Assembly (NCBI GenBank): GCA_010909165.1
Contig: VJWM01000019.1
Coordinates: forward strand, 1,302,001-1,366,000
Source: Anthoceros angustus
Taxonomy: Eukaryota > Plantae > Anthocerotophyta
Direction: 5' to 3'
DNA length: 64,000 nt
The translations under genes and the position numbers were made by a program. This document shows, piece by piece, positions 25,150 to 36,230 of this stretch (positions are counted from its first letter, which is position 1; the number at the start of each line of letters is the position of its first letter). The notes beneath the pieces were generated by a model, which saw only the letters and a list, made by a program, of their open reading frames with translations, was not told the origin of the DNA and did no database searches.

Positions 25150-27700
25150 GACAGTCCGTCTTATTCACCGGATGATGCCAACAAAGTGGTCTACATAGAA
25201 CACAAACTCACTTTGGGTAGTAGGTAGTGTCGAATTTCTTGGCATATACCATACCCGCTTCGGCTGTAGTTGTGTATTTTCGTTCGCTGGGTGAGCTGTC
25301 GTCAACAGTATACGGATAATCCCTTCTTGTCGTCCGCTCAAGACTACTCCGATAGCAAAAGCGGACACATCTACATACACATGAAATTTCTGCTCGATCC
25401 GGTCCTCTTAGAACCGTGCGCTTACCAAGGTGTTCAGAATCAAAGGCCTCCTCTCGCTCACGTGACGGTCCAAACCTCCTCCTTCCGCAGAGTTCGCCAA
25501 CTTAGCCGCCTCTTCGCAAAGTCCTTAATAAACCGGTAGTATCCCACCATTCCTGTGAAACCTCTCGGCTCCTTTAGGTTCGTCGGTGGAGGCGGATGAC
25601 CGGACCTTGTCCCGTCCACCTCGATTCCAGTGACACCGATGTCCCAGAAGATTCCCTCCGTCATTCCAAAGTAGCATTTCTCGGTGTAGGCTCAATTGAG
25701 TCTCCGGCTCAAGCACCTTCTTAGATGCCCAAGGTGTTTGTCCCGCTCCCCATGCACACAAAATCATCCAGAATATCTCCATGAAGTCCCTCGTGAAGTC
25801 ACAAGACGTTGGTCACCATACGCATGAACGACCCGGCCCGGGTCATCCCAAAGGCACTTCTCTTGTAGGCAAACGCATTCCCACTCCGTAGTGAAGGTCG
25901 TCTTGTCCCTCGAAGTCACAAGACGTTGGTCACCATACGCATGAACGACCTCGGCGCTCCGGTCATCCCAAAGGCACTTCTCTTGTAGGCAAACGTTCCC
26001 ACTCCGTAGTGAAGGTCGTCTTGTCCAAAACTCCTTAGGTGCAATTGGTTATATCCGGAGTAGCCATCCGGAAGGAGTAAGTAGTCCGTCCACCACCTTG
26101 TCCAAAATGTCTCACGAATGGCATCGGAAGTGGTCCTTCTCCGCTGCTGAGCTTCCTCAATCTTGGCATACCCGAATTTGTCCCGGCTGCTTTGGGAACC
26201 ACCACACCGCGACCCACTCTGACGATGGGGAAAATGATGTCGCCTCGGTACTTATCAAGGACCTCCTTCACCTTGATCGAATACTTGGGGTTGAGCTTGT
26301 ATTGTCGGATTCGGTGGCACGCTCCGGCTTCAAATCGATCTTATGCTCTCCACTTCTTGAATGCCCTTCATGTCCGTGACCTTGAAGCGAACACCTCATA
26401 AAACTCCCCAGTGCTTTAGTCCTTCCTTCAGTCCGGAGGCATGCCTTTCTTAAACTTCGAATTTGCTGGCCGGACCTCCACTTCTTCCACGCCGTCCGGG
26501 TTCACTGCCTCCTGCTCCCTGGCCCAAACCCCTCGTCCTCCTCCTCGGGATCGTCCTCTCGCATCCCCATTCTCTCAAGAGCTCGTCGAGGTGAATCGTG
26601 TTACTCCTTCGATGTCTTTTCCTTGGTCCGACTCTGCCTCCCTCAGCCGGGTCCGACCTCCTCTTCACTTCCTTCCTCCGGCCCGTTGTGGCGTTTACTC
26701 GAAAACAATCAACCACTTCCGCCAAAGGCATCCCAGAGTCCATCTCCTCCTCGGACCGGCGGATCTTGGCGAAAGTCGCCTCCTCGGAACTATCTTGTTC
26801 GCCGCTGGAGTCCTCCACGAGGTATACCCTTCGGTAGTGCTCAGCTTTTCCCACAATAGGTGTCCTTGCTCCGTGATAGCAACCCTCCCTTCTCGCACCT
26901 TAGGGTCCCACCACCGGCTTGAAGTGAATCTCCTTCCTTCCAAAGTGTAGCTTGTCTGGTCCACCTCGATTCCCCGACACCCGATGTCCCACAAGATTCC
27001 CTCCGTCATTCCAAAGTAGCATTTCTCGGGTGTAGGCTCAATTGAGTCTCCCGGCGCTCAAGCACCTTCTTAGATGCCCAAGGTGTTTGTCCCTCCCCAT
27101 GCACACAAAATCATCCGGGAATATCTCCATGAAGTCCCTCGAAGTCACGGAAGGCGTTGGTCACCATGAGCGACCACAGGCGCTCGGTCATCCCAAAGGC
27201 ACTTCTCTTGTAGGCAAGCGTACCCCACTCCGTAGTGAAGGTCGTCTTGTCGGTCAGACTCCCTTAGGTGCAATTGGTTATATCCGGAGTAGCCATCCGG
27301 AAGGAGTAAGTAGTCCGTCCACCTTGTCCAAAATGTCTCTGAATGGCATCGGAAGTGGTCCTTCTCGTTCTTGATTGAGCTTCCTCAATCTTGGCATACC
27401 GAATTTGGCTTTGTTTCTTGGGAACCACCACAATCGTAGCGACCCACTCGGCTGTGACGATGGGGAAAATGATGTCTGCCTCCGGTACTTATCAAGGACC
27501 TCCTTCACCTTGATCGAATACTTGGGGTTGAGCTTGTATTGTCGGATTGGTGCTCCGGCTTCAAATCGATCTTATGCTCCCACTTCTTGAATGCCCTTCA
27601 TGTCCGTGACCTTGAAGGCGAACACCTCATAAAACTCCCCGGTACTTTAGTCCTTCCTTGGTCCAGGAGGCATGCCTTTCTTAAACTTGAGAATTTGCTG
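25150..27700 (-). pseudogene. Gypsy reverse transcriptase / RNase H (frameshifted, partly duplicated)
   Basis: LRKLN, DGYSGYNQ, DKTTFTTEW, MEIF(L)DD, EKCYFGMTEGI, FTGMVGYYRFIKDFAK, FHVYVDVSAFAIGVVL. Confidence 0.88.
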
Positions 27701-28199
27701 GGACCTCCACTTCTTCCACGTCGTCCGGGTTCACCGTCTCCGTTCCGTCTTTCATGCGTCCAAACCCCTCGTCCTCCTCTCGGGATCGTCCTCGCATCCC
27801 CATTCTCAAGAGCTCGTCGGAGGTGAATCGTGTTACTCCTTGATGTCCGCTTTTCCTTGGTCCGACTCTTGTTGTCTCCCCCTTGTCTTTGGTCCGACTC
27901 TTCACTTCCTTCCTCCGGCCCGTTGTGGCGTTTGAAAACAATCAACCACTTCGCCAAAGGCATCCGCGTAGTCCATCTCCTCCTCGGACCGGGATCTTGG
28001 CGAAAGTCGCCTCCTCGGAACTATCTTGTTCGCCGTGGAGTCCTCCATTGAGGTATACCCTTCGGTAGTGCTCACGGTTTCCACAATAGGTGTCCTTGCT
28101 CCGGTGATAGCAACCCTCCCTTCTCGCACCTTAGGGTCCCAGTCCGGCTTGAAGTGAATCTCCTTCCTTCCAAAGTGTAGCTTTGCAGGCCAACCCGCC

Positions 28200-28500
28200 A
28201 TGGCGACAACACCTCATACCCTAATGGTCCGGCGGTTTGATCACAACAAAATCCAGCTTTGTAGGGTGCACCTATGGTGGCCAAGACTCGGTTAACTCCC
28301 CGCCGGATCTCTTCTTGACATGTCCGCCATTCTCGAGTCTTCGTTGAGGGTTCAAGGATGTGAAGCCCAATTTTCGTGCGTGGTGATGAGGTTGACTCGG
28401 ACCCGTGTCCAACGGTACATCCTTGATGATACATCCAATCTCCACTTGTACCATCGCCCTGGTCCGTATGGGACACCACCTCACTTCCACTGCTACCCTT
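28200..28500 (-). pseudogene. Gypsy aspartic protease (second copy ~29590-29840)
   Basis: VQVEIGCIIKDVPLDTG motif. Confidence 0.75.
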
Positions 28501-30499
28501 CCGGCTTTGGTGCTCATGGTGGGTTTCCTAACGGCCCGACGGACCTCTTGTGATTTCGGGTTATCCCTCGGCCGAAAGGACACAGGTCTGCGATTCATCA
28601 TCGTCCGCCACATTAAAGGCGAGGCTTCTACCCCAATCGAGGATCCTGCTGGCCCTCATCCTCTCCCGGGTCACTTGTTCGGTATTCTCCGGATGCTTGC
28701 GCATTTCCTCCTGCAACATCTCGGTCACCTCCGGACTACGTCCGTGGAAGCTAACGTCGCCGTCGCGGGAGGCACCGTTCCTTCTCCCGTCCTGGGAGAA
28801 CTTCCTTCGGTAATCCTCCAGAGCCGCTCAGCCCTCCTTCATGGTGGATCCTCCGGTACTTATCAAGGACCTCCTTCACCTTGATCGAATACTTGGGGTT
28901 GAGCTTGTATTGTCGGATTGGTGCTCCGGCTTCAAATCGATCTTATGCTCTCCACTTCTTGAATGCCCTTCATGTCCGTGACCTTGAAGGCGAACACCTC
29001 ATAAAACTCCCCGGTACTTTAGTCCTTCCTTGGTCCAGGAGGCATGCCTTTCTTAAACTTGAGAATTTGCTGGGACCTCCACTTCTTCCACGTCGTCCGG
29101 GTTCACCGTCTCCGTTCCGTCTTTCATGCGTCCAAACCCCTCGTCCTCCTCTCGGGATCGTCCTCGCATCCCCATTCTCGAAGAGCTCGTCGGAGGTGAA
29201 TCGTGTTACTCCTTGATGTCCGCTTTTCCTTGGTCCGACTCTTGTTGTCTCCCCCTTGTCTTTGGTCCGACTCTTCACTTCCTTCCTCCGGCCCGTTGTG
29301 GCGTTTGAAAACAATCAACCACTTCGCCAAAGGCATCCGCGTAGTCCATCTCCTCCTCGGACCGGGATCTTGGCGAAAGTCGCCTCCTCGGAACTATCTT
29401 GTTCGCCGTGGAGTCCTCCATTGAGGTATACCCTTCGGTAGTGCTCACGGTTTCCACAATAGGTGTCCTTGCTCCGGTGATAGCAACCCTCCCTTCTCGC
29501 ACCTTAGGGTCCCAGTCCGGCTTGAAGTGAATCTCCTTCCTTCCAAAGTGTAGCTTTGCAGGCCAACCCGCCATGGCAGCACCTCATACCCTAATGGTCC
29601 GGCGGTTTGATCACAACAAAATCCGGTTTGTAGGGTGCGGCTATGGTGGCCAAGACTCGGTTAACTCCCCGCGGATCTCTTCTTGACATATACGCCATTC
29701 TCGAGTCTTCGTTGAGGTTGAAGGATGTGAAGCCCAATTTTCGTGCCGGTGATGAGGTTGACTCGGACCCGTGTCCAGTACATCCTTGATGATACATCCA
29801 ATCTCCACTTGTACCACTGGCCCAGGTATGGGACACCACCCTCACTTCCTTTGCTACCCTTCACGGCTTTGGTGCTCATGGTGGGTTTCCCTAACGGGAC
29901 GGACCTCTTGCGGTATTTGGGTTATCCCTCGGTGTCGAAAGGACACAAGGTCTGATTCATCATCGGTCCGCCACATTAAAGGCGAGGCTTCTACCCCAAT
30001 CGAGGATCCTGCTGCGTCCTCATCCTCTCCCGGGTCACTTACGGTATTCTCCGGATGCTTGCGCATTTCCTCCTGCAACATCTCGGTCACCTCCGGACTA
30101 CGTCCGGTGGAAGCTAACGTCGCCGTCGCGGGAGGCACCGTTCCTTCTCCACATCTGTCAGGAGAACTTCCTTGGGTAATCCCTCCGGCGAGCTGCCGTC
30201 CAGCCCTCCTTCATCGGTCGGATCCTCTGCTGGTATTTCCGCTTGATTGCCTTCCTGGCCGTGACGCTTCTCCGCCTTCTTGTTCTTCTTCAACTGGCGC
30301 CTTTCGTCGCTCCTTCCTTCCTGGCCAGTAGACACCTCCAAGATTTCCACGCCCGACTCCCTTCCTTCGACACCCCACCGTACCTTCTTGTTCTTTTCCA
30401 TCTCGCGCACTGGGAATCTCTTCCCACTCCGCCAATCGAGCATCTTGACTTGCCGTCAGTGCAGTCTTAGGAGGTGGCGTTGGTGGTCGGGTTCTCCGC

Positions 30500-33400
30500 T
30501 TGGTGTGGCATATCGTCCTTTGCGGGGTTGGGACATAGCGTCTGTCATATGCCCACTTGCGATCGCCACCTGTCGAAGTCCCCATTACCACCTCGTTGGA
30601 GTGCGGACGCAGCGTTGGAGTAATGGCGATTCCGCAGTTCCAACGGACCACGGCCGTCGGAGGATACCACCGGGAGGCTCCATGCGTCGGAGGATACGAA
30701 GGGGCTCCCATGCGGTCTTTGCATCGGTGGGGCCCGTTGTATTAGCGGACCTCCGGTTGGCGGATACATGGTTTTGGGATATCGCGGCCCGGAGGGGCTT
30801 CTGCACTGATAGGCCTCTTCCCATTGCTCCTCCTCCTCCTCGTATTCGTAGTCCACTTGATGCACCGGCCTTGAGGCGCTTGATTCGAATGGCCGTGTTG
30901 TCGCACACGACACCGAGATGCGCTCGCACCGTGGTGGTGTTTTCCGCGCTCGGTCCTTAACACAGTTTATCGCTGTGTCCTCTACTCTCTTTATCACTTT
31001 TCCGGGTCCTCCGGACTGCTACCTCCTTTGAGGGAGTCGGGTCCGTGGAGCTTCTCGGACCGGCCGGTGTCACCACCTCCTTCTTACCCCGCTTCTTTAG
31101 CCGGGCCTTCTTGCTCTTCTTCTGGGATACTCTTCCTCGCTAGAGACCTCCGTCTCTTCTTGGACGACCGCCTCCAAGACACCTCCGATTGGTCTTCCTC
31201 CTCCTCTCAAGACTCTTCCTCCTGAGTCTCGAACCCCGCTTCTTCTTCTTCTTCTTGCCTCCTTGAGCGGATTTCTTTATCCTCGATGTAGCGATTCCTC
31301 GTAGTTTTCGGCCGCTCGACCGCCTTGCCCACGTCCTTCTCGGCCAGCGACGGCTCGCCATGGGTTTGGCTAGACCGCGAACCACCGCATCACGCGCATC
31401 GTGGTATGGGTTGGATGCCGATCCTCGGCATAGAACCGCTCGATGTACGAGCCCAGCCTTCTCCTTCTTCCTCGCTTGATTTTCCAACTTTGATAATACA
31501 TACCTCCCCGGTCGATCCTCGAAACCGTTCTAAGAAGGCATTTTCAAAGCTTCAAACGAGGCGGGTGGGGCATTCTCCGGTCGATACTTGAGCATTGATG
31601 TCCGCCCTCTGAGAACCCCTTGGAAAAGCTGGATGAGCTCGCCTCCTCTCCGTTGAAGTTGGCTTTGGACATGAAGTCCTCCACAAAGGTCTCGCATCCG
31701 CCTCCTTCTTCCCTCCGAATATGGAGTACGCTTGTTTGGTCGAGGTAGGGGCCATGGTCACGCCATCGGTTAGGCGTGGTCCTACCTTCTTCCGTTGGCG
31801 TCCCTCGTACCCGTACTCGTCTTGGTCCGACAATTCGACCACGTTCTCCTCCTCCGATCGACGGTCCTCTACTCTCTTTATCACTTTTCCGGGTCCTCCG
31901 CGGACACCTGCCTCCTTTGAGGGAGTCGGGTCCGTGGAGCTTCTCGGACGGTCTTGGTGTCACCACCTCCTTCTTACCACCTTCTTTTTGGCGGGGCCTT
32001 CTTGCTCTTCTTCTTGCGGGGATACTCTTCCTCGCTAGAGACCTCCGTCTCTTCTTGGACGTGCTCCTCCTCCGAAGACACCTCAGATTGGTCTTCCTCC
32101 TCCTCAAGACTCTTCCTCCTCAGTCGAACCCGTTTCTTCTTCTTCTTCTTGCCTCCTTGGATTTCTTTATCCTCGATGTAGCGATTCCTCGTAGTTTTCG
32201 GCCTCGCCTTGCCCACGTCCTTCTCGGCGGCGGGGCGTGCACAGCCATGGGTTTGGCTAGGCCGGCGCGAACCACCGTCCGCTTGCATCGTGGTATGGGT
32301 TGGATGCGATCCCTCGGGGCATAGAACCGCTCGATGTACGAGCCCAGCCTTCTCCTTCTTCCTCGCCTGATTTTCCAACTTTGATAATACATACCTCCCC
32401 GGTCGATCCTCGAAACCGCTTCTAAGAAGGCATTTTCAAAGCTTCAAACGAGGCGGGTGGGGCATTCTCCGGTCGATACTTGAGCATTGATGTCCGCCCT
32501 CTGAGAACCCCTTGAAAAGCTGGATGAGCTCGCCTCCTCTCCGCTGAAGTTGGCTTTGGACATGAAGTCCTCCACAAAGGTCTCCGCATCCGCCTCCTTC
32601 TTCCCTCCGAATATGGAGTACGCTTGTTTGTCGAGGTAGGGGCCATGGTCACGCCATCGGTTAGGCGTGGCCCTACCTTCTTCCGTTACGCCCTTGTACC
32701 GTACTGCCTTGGTCCGACAATTCGACCACGTTCTCCTCCTCCGATCGACGGTCCTCTACTCTCTTTATCACTTTTCCGGGTCCTCCGCGGACACCTGCCT
32801 CCTTTGAGGGAGTCGGGTCGTGGAGCTTCTCGGACGGTCTTGGTGTCACCACCTCCTTCTTACCACCTTCTTTTTGGCGGGGCCTTCTTGCTCTTCTTCT
32901 TGCGGGGATACTCTTCCTCGCTAGAGACCTCCGTCTCTTCTTGGACGTGCTCCTCCTCCCGAAGACACCTCAGATTGGTCTTCCTCCTCCTCAAGACTCT
33001 TCCTCCTCAGTCGAACCCGTTTCTTCTTCTTCTTCTTGCCTCCTTGGATTTCTTTATCCTCGATGTAGCGATTCCTCGTAGTTTTGCCTCGCCTTGCCCA
33101 CGTCCTTCTCGGCGGCGGGGCGTGCACAGCCATGGGTTTGGCTAGGCCGGCGCGAACCACCGTCCGCTTGCATCGTGGTATGGGTTGGATGCGATCCCTC
33201 GGGGCATAGAACCGCTCGATGTCTGAGCCCGGCTTCTCCTTCTTCCCTCGGTTCCAACTTTGATAATACATACCCCTCTGGTGATCCTCGAAACCGTTCT
33301 AAGAAGGCATTTTCAAAGCTTCCGAGGCGGGTGGGGCATTCTCCGGTGGTCGGTACTTTCTCCGATACCATTGAGCGGTTCCTCGGAGAACCCCTTGGAA

Positions 33401-35085
33401 AAATTTGGATGAGGCTGGCGTCGACTCCTCTCCGTTGAAGTTGGCTTTGGACATGAAGTCCTCCACAAAGGTCTCGCATCCGCTCCTTCTTCCCTCCGAA
33501 TATAGATGCGCTTGTTTGGTCGAGGTAGGGGCCATGCTGCCATCGATGGGTTAGGCGTGGTCCTACCTTCTTCCGTTGGCGTCCCTTGTACCCGTACTCG
33601 TCTTGGTCGACAATTCGACCACGTTCTCCCTCCTCGATCGGCGGTGCTCTCTCGTTGGGTTTGACGCCTCCTCTCCCTGGCTCGAGAGCACGCGAGGTGA
33701 CCACGTCCGATCCTCCCGACGGCTCACTTGACCGCCGCCGACCGCCACGCATTCACTTACCTTCTCTTCCTAAGGACGCACTTGACCACGACGATTTCAT
33801 TCCCACAGCGCCAAAATGTGGCGGACTTTCTTGATGGCGTGCGCGCACAATCCCGTGTCGTTGTAGGAAGAAGTCCGCTCAAGGGAATGATAGGCTGCAC
33901 CGCGTGTGATTCTACTGCCCCTTAGCGCCTGCTCACCTCAACACACACATACTCCTAACTACAACGTTCACCGTGACAGCCGGTATGGCCAAACGCTTAG
34001 GACCCGTCGTCCGTATTGCTCACATACATCCTCACGCATCCGTCCTTTCCTCTCTCCTCTCACGCTACACTCTTCGCCTTAGAAAAGACGCTGGTTACGC
34101 ATCCTCCGTGCTCCGCCGGCCTCCGTCCGGCTCTACACGCCTCCCGAGTTCCTCCTCCACGTTCCACTGCCCGGTGACCGCGGCCCGGACGAGCACGGTC
34201 ACCACCTCCTTCTTACCACTTCTTTTTAGCGGGGCCTTCTTGCTCTTCTTCTTGCGGGGATACTCTTCCTCGCTAGAGACCTCGTCTCTTCTTGGACGCT
34301 CCTCCTCAGAAGACACCTCGATTGGTCTTCCTCCTCCTCAAGACTCTTCCTCCTCAGTCGAACCCGTTTCTTCTTCTTCTTCTTGCCTCCTTGGCGGATT
34401 TCTTTATCCTCGATGTAGCGATTCCTCGTAGTTTTCGGCCTCGCCTTGCCCACGTCCTTCTCGGCCGGGGGTGCACAGCCATGGGTTTGGCTAGGCCGCG
34501 AACCACCGCTTGCATCGTGGTATGGGTTGGATGCCGATCCCTCGGGGCATAGAACCGCTCGATGTCTGAGCCCGCTTCTCCTTCTTCCTCGCTTGATTTT
34601 CCAACTTTGATAATACCCCTCACTGGATCCTCGAAACCGTTCTAAGAAGGCATTTTCAAAGCTTCAAGCACGGGTGGGGCATTCTCCGGTGGTGGTACTT
34701 TCTCCGATACCATTGAGCGGTTGTCCTCGGAGAACCCCTTGGAAAAATTTGGATGAGGCGTCGACTCCCTCTCCGTTGAAGTTGGCTTTGGACACGAAGT
34801 CCTCCACAAAGGTCTCGCATCCGCTCCTTCTTCCCTCCGAATATGGAGTCGCTTGTTTGGTCGGTAGGGGCCATGGGCTGCCATCGATGGGTTAGGCGTG
34901 GGCATCCTACCTTCTTCCGTTGGCGTCCCTGTACCCCGTGCGTCTTGGTCCGACAATTCGACCACGTTCTCCTCCTCCGATCGGGTGCTCTCGTTGGGTT
35001 TGGCGTCTCCTCTCACGGCTCGGAGAGTGACCACGTCCGATCCTCCCCGGCGGTTCACTCTTGGCCGTCGCTCGGCCTCACGCAT
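30500..35085 (-). pseudogene. Gypsy gag, present as several overlapping ~0.9-kb tandem copies
   Basis: ATG at 35085 (and 33752) just after the PBS; IFGGKKEADA..FVEDFMSKANFNG and FENAFLERFRG blocks repeated; degraded WNCG..HYSN knuckle at ~30610-30650. Confidence 0.7.
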
Positions 35086-35129
35086 TCACTTACCTTCTCT
35101 TCCTAAGGGCACTGCCGGACCGATTTCAT

Positions 35130-35143
35130 TCCCGGCAGCGCCA
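35130..35143 (-). other. Primer-binding site, probably tRNA-Asp type (second copy 33801-33813)
   Basis: LTR end CCACA, then TTT, then TGGCGCTGCCGGGA or TGGCGCTGTGGGA. Each looks like a deletion variant of TGGCGC(T/C)GTTGCCGGG. Confidence 0.6.
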
Positions 35144-36050
35144 AAATGTGGCGGGACTTTTCTTGATGGCCGGTAGCGCACAATCCGTGTCGTTGTAGGA
35201 AGAAGTCCGTTCCCAAAGGGAATGATAGGCCCGTTTACGCGTTTGGTGATTCTTACCGTCCTTAGCGCTCGTTCGGTCTCAACACACATACTCCTAACTA
35301 CTCTAGCGTTCACCGTCTGAGGCCGGTATGGCCAAGCGTTTAGACCCGTTCGTCCGTATCGTTCATACATCCTTCACGCATCAGTCCTTTCCTCTCTCCT
35401 CTCACGCTACACTCTTGATCTTAGAAAAAGGCGGATTCTGTGATCCGGACCTCCTCGTCGCGGGCCTCTCCGTCCGGGCTCTACACGCCCTCCGGAGTTC
35501 CTCCGGCTCACGCGTTCGTCATTCGGTCGGACGCGGCTCGGACGAGCCGCATCACGATCACCCTTCCCGCACACACCACAACGCTAAGTCCGCCACCGGA
35601 CCTTGATCAATCTCCCGAGCGCCGTGGCTCGCTGACTCAGACTCACGTTAGCAAGAAGACTCACAAGGTCCGCAAGAACGCGCATCAACACCAAGAGAAA
35701 GATGCTTTACTAGAGCATCTCTTATATCGCCCAAGGTGGCGTCTTTATTACACCCCTATTACGGTGATAGCCAAGATACCCTAATCCCACTACTTATCCC
35801 TATCTCCTTCGCCGGGGTGGAAGGTCCTGGGCCCCGCCGGAATGGGTGGTCAATCCCCGTCAGCGGTTGTGGTGCACCCAATCGGATGATCCGTGGCGGG
35901 CCCTCCTCTCCCGGAATCACAGCCGGGTTGGGCTCTGGCGGTCGACAACCGCTACCACGACGCCATCCTCCTCCTCGGGGTCCTCGCCGGTGGGGCCACC
36001 ACCATCGGCTCTAGCGTAAGTCGAAGGGGCTCCTCATCGCCGCAGCCCCG

Positions 36051-36230
36051 GGTCCGGACTTGAGTCCGGACTTGAGTCCGGACTTGGTCCGGACAAAGTC
36101 CGGACTTGGTCCGGACTTGTGGTCCGGACCTCGTGGTCCGGATGACACGGGTCCGGACTTGTGGTCCGGACTTGGTCCGGACAAAGTCCGGACTTGGTCC
36201 GGCCTGGGGTCCGGACAAAGTCCGGACTCC
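36051..36230. repeat. GTCCGGAC(TT) 11-13-bp micro-array in the LTR (also ~18857-18962 and ~37805-37920)
   Basis: More than a dozen TCCGGA palindromes in 180 bp, ~330 bp upstream of the LTR TATA on the minus strand. Confidence 0.9.
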
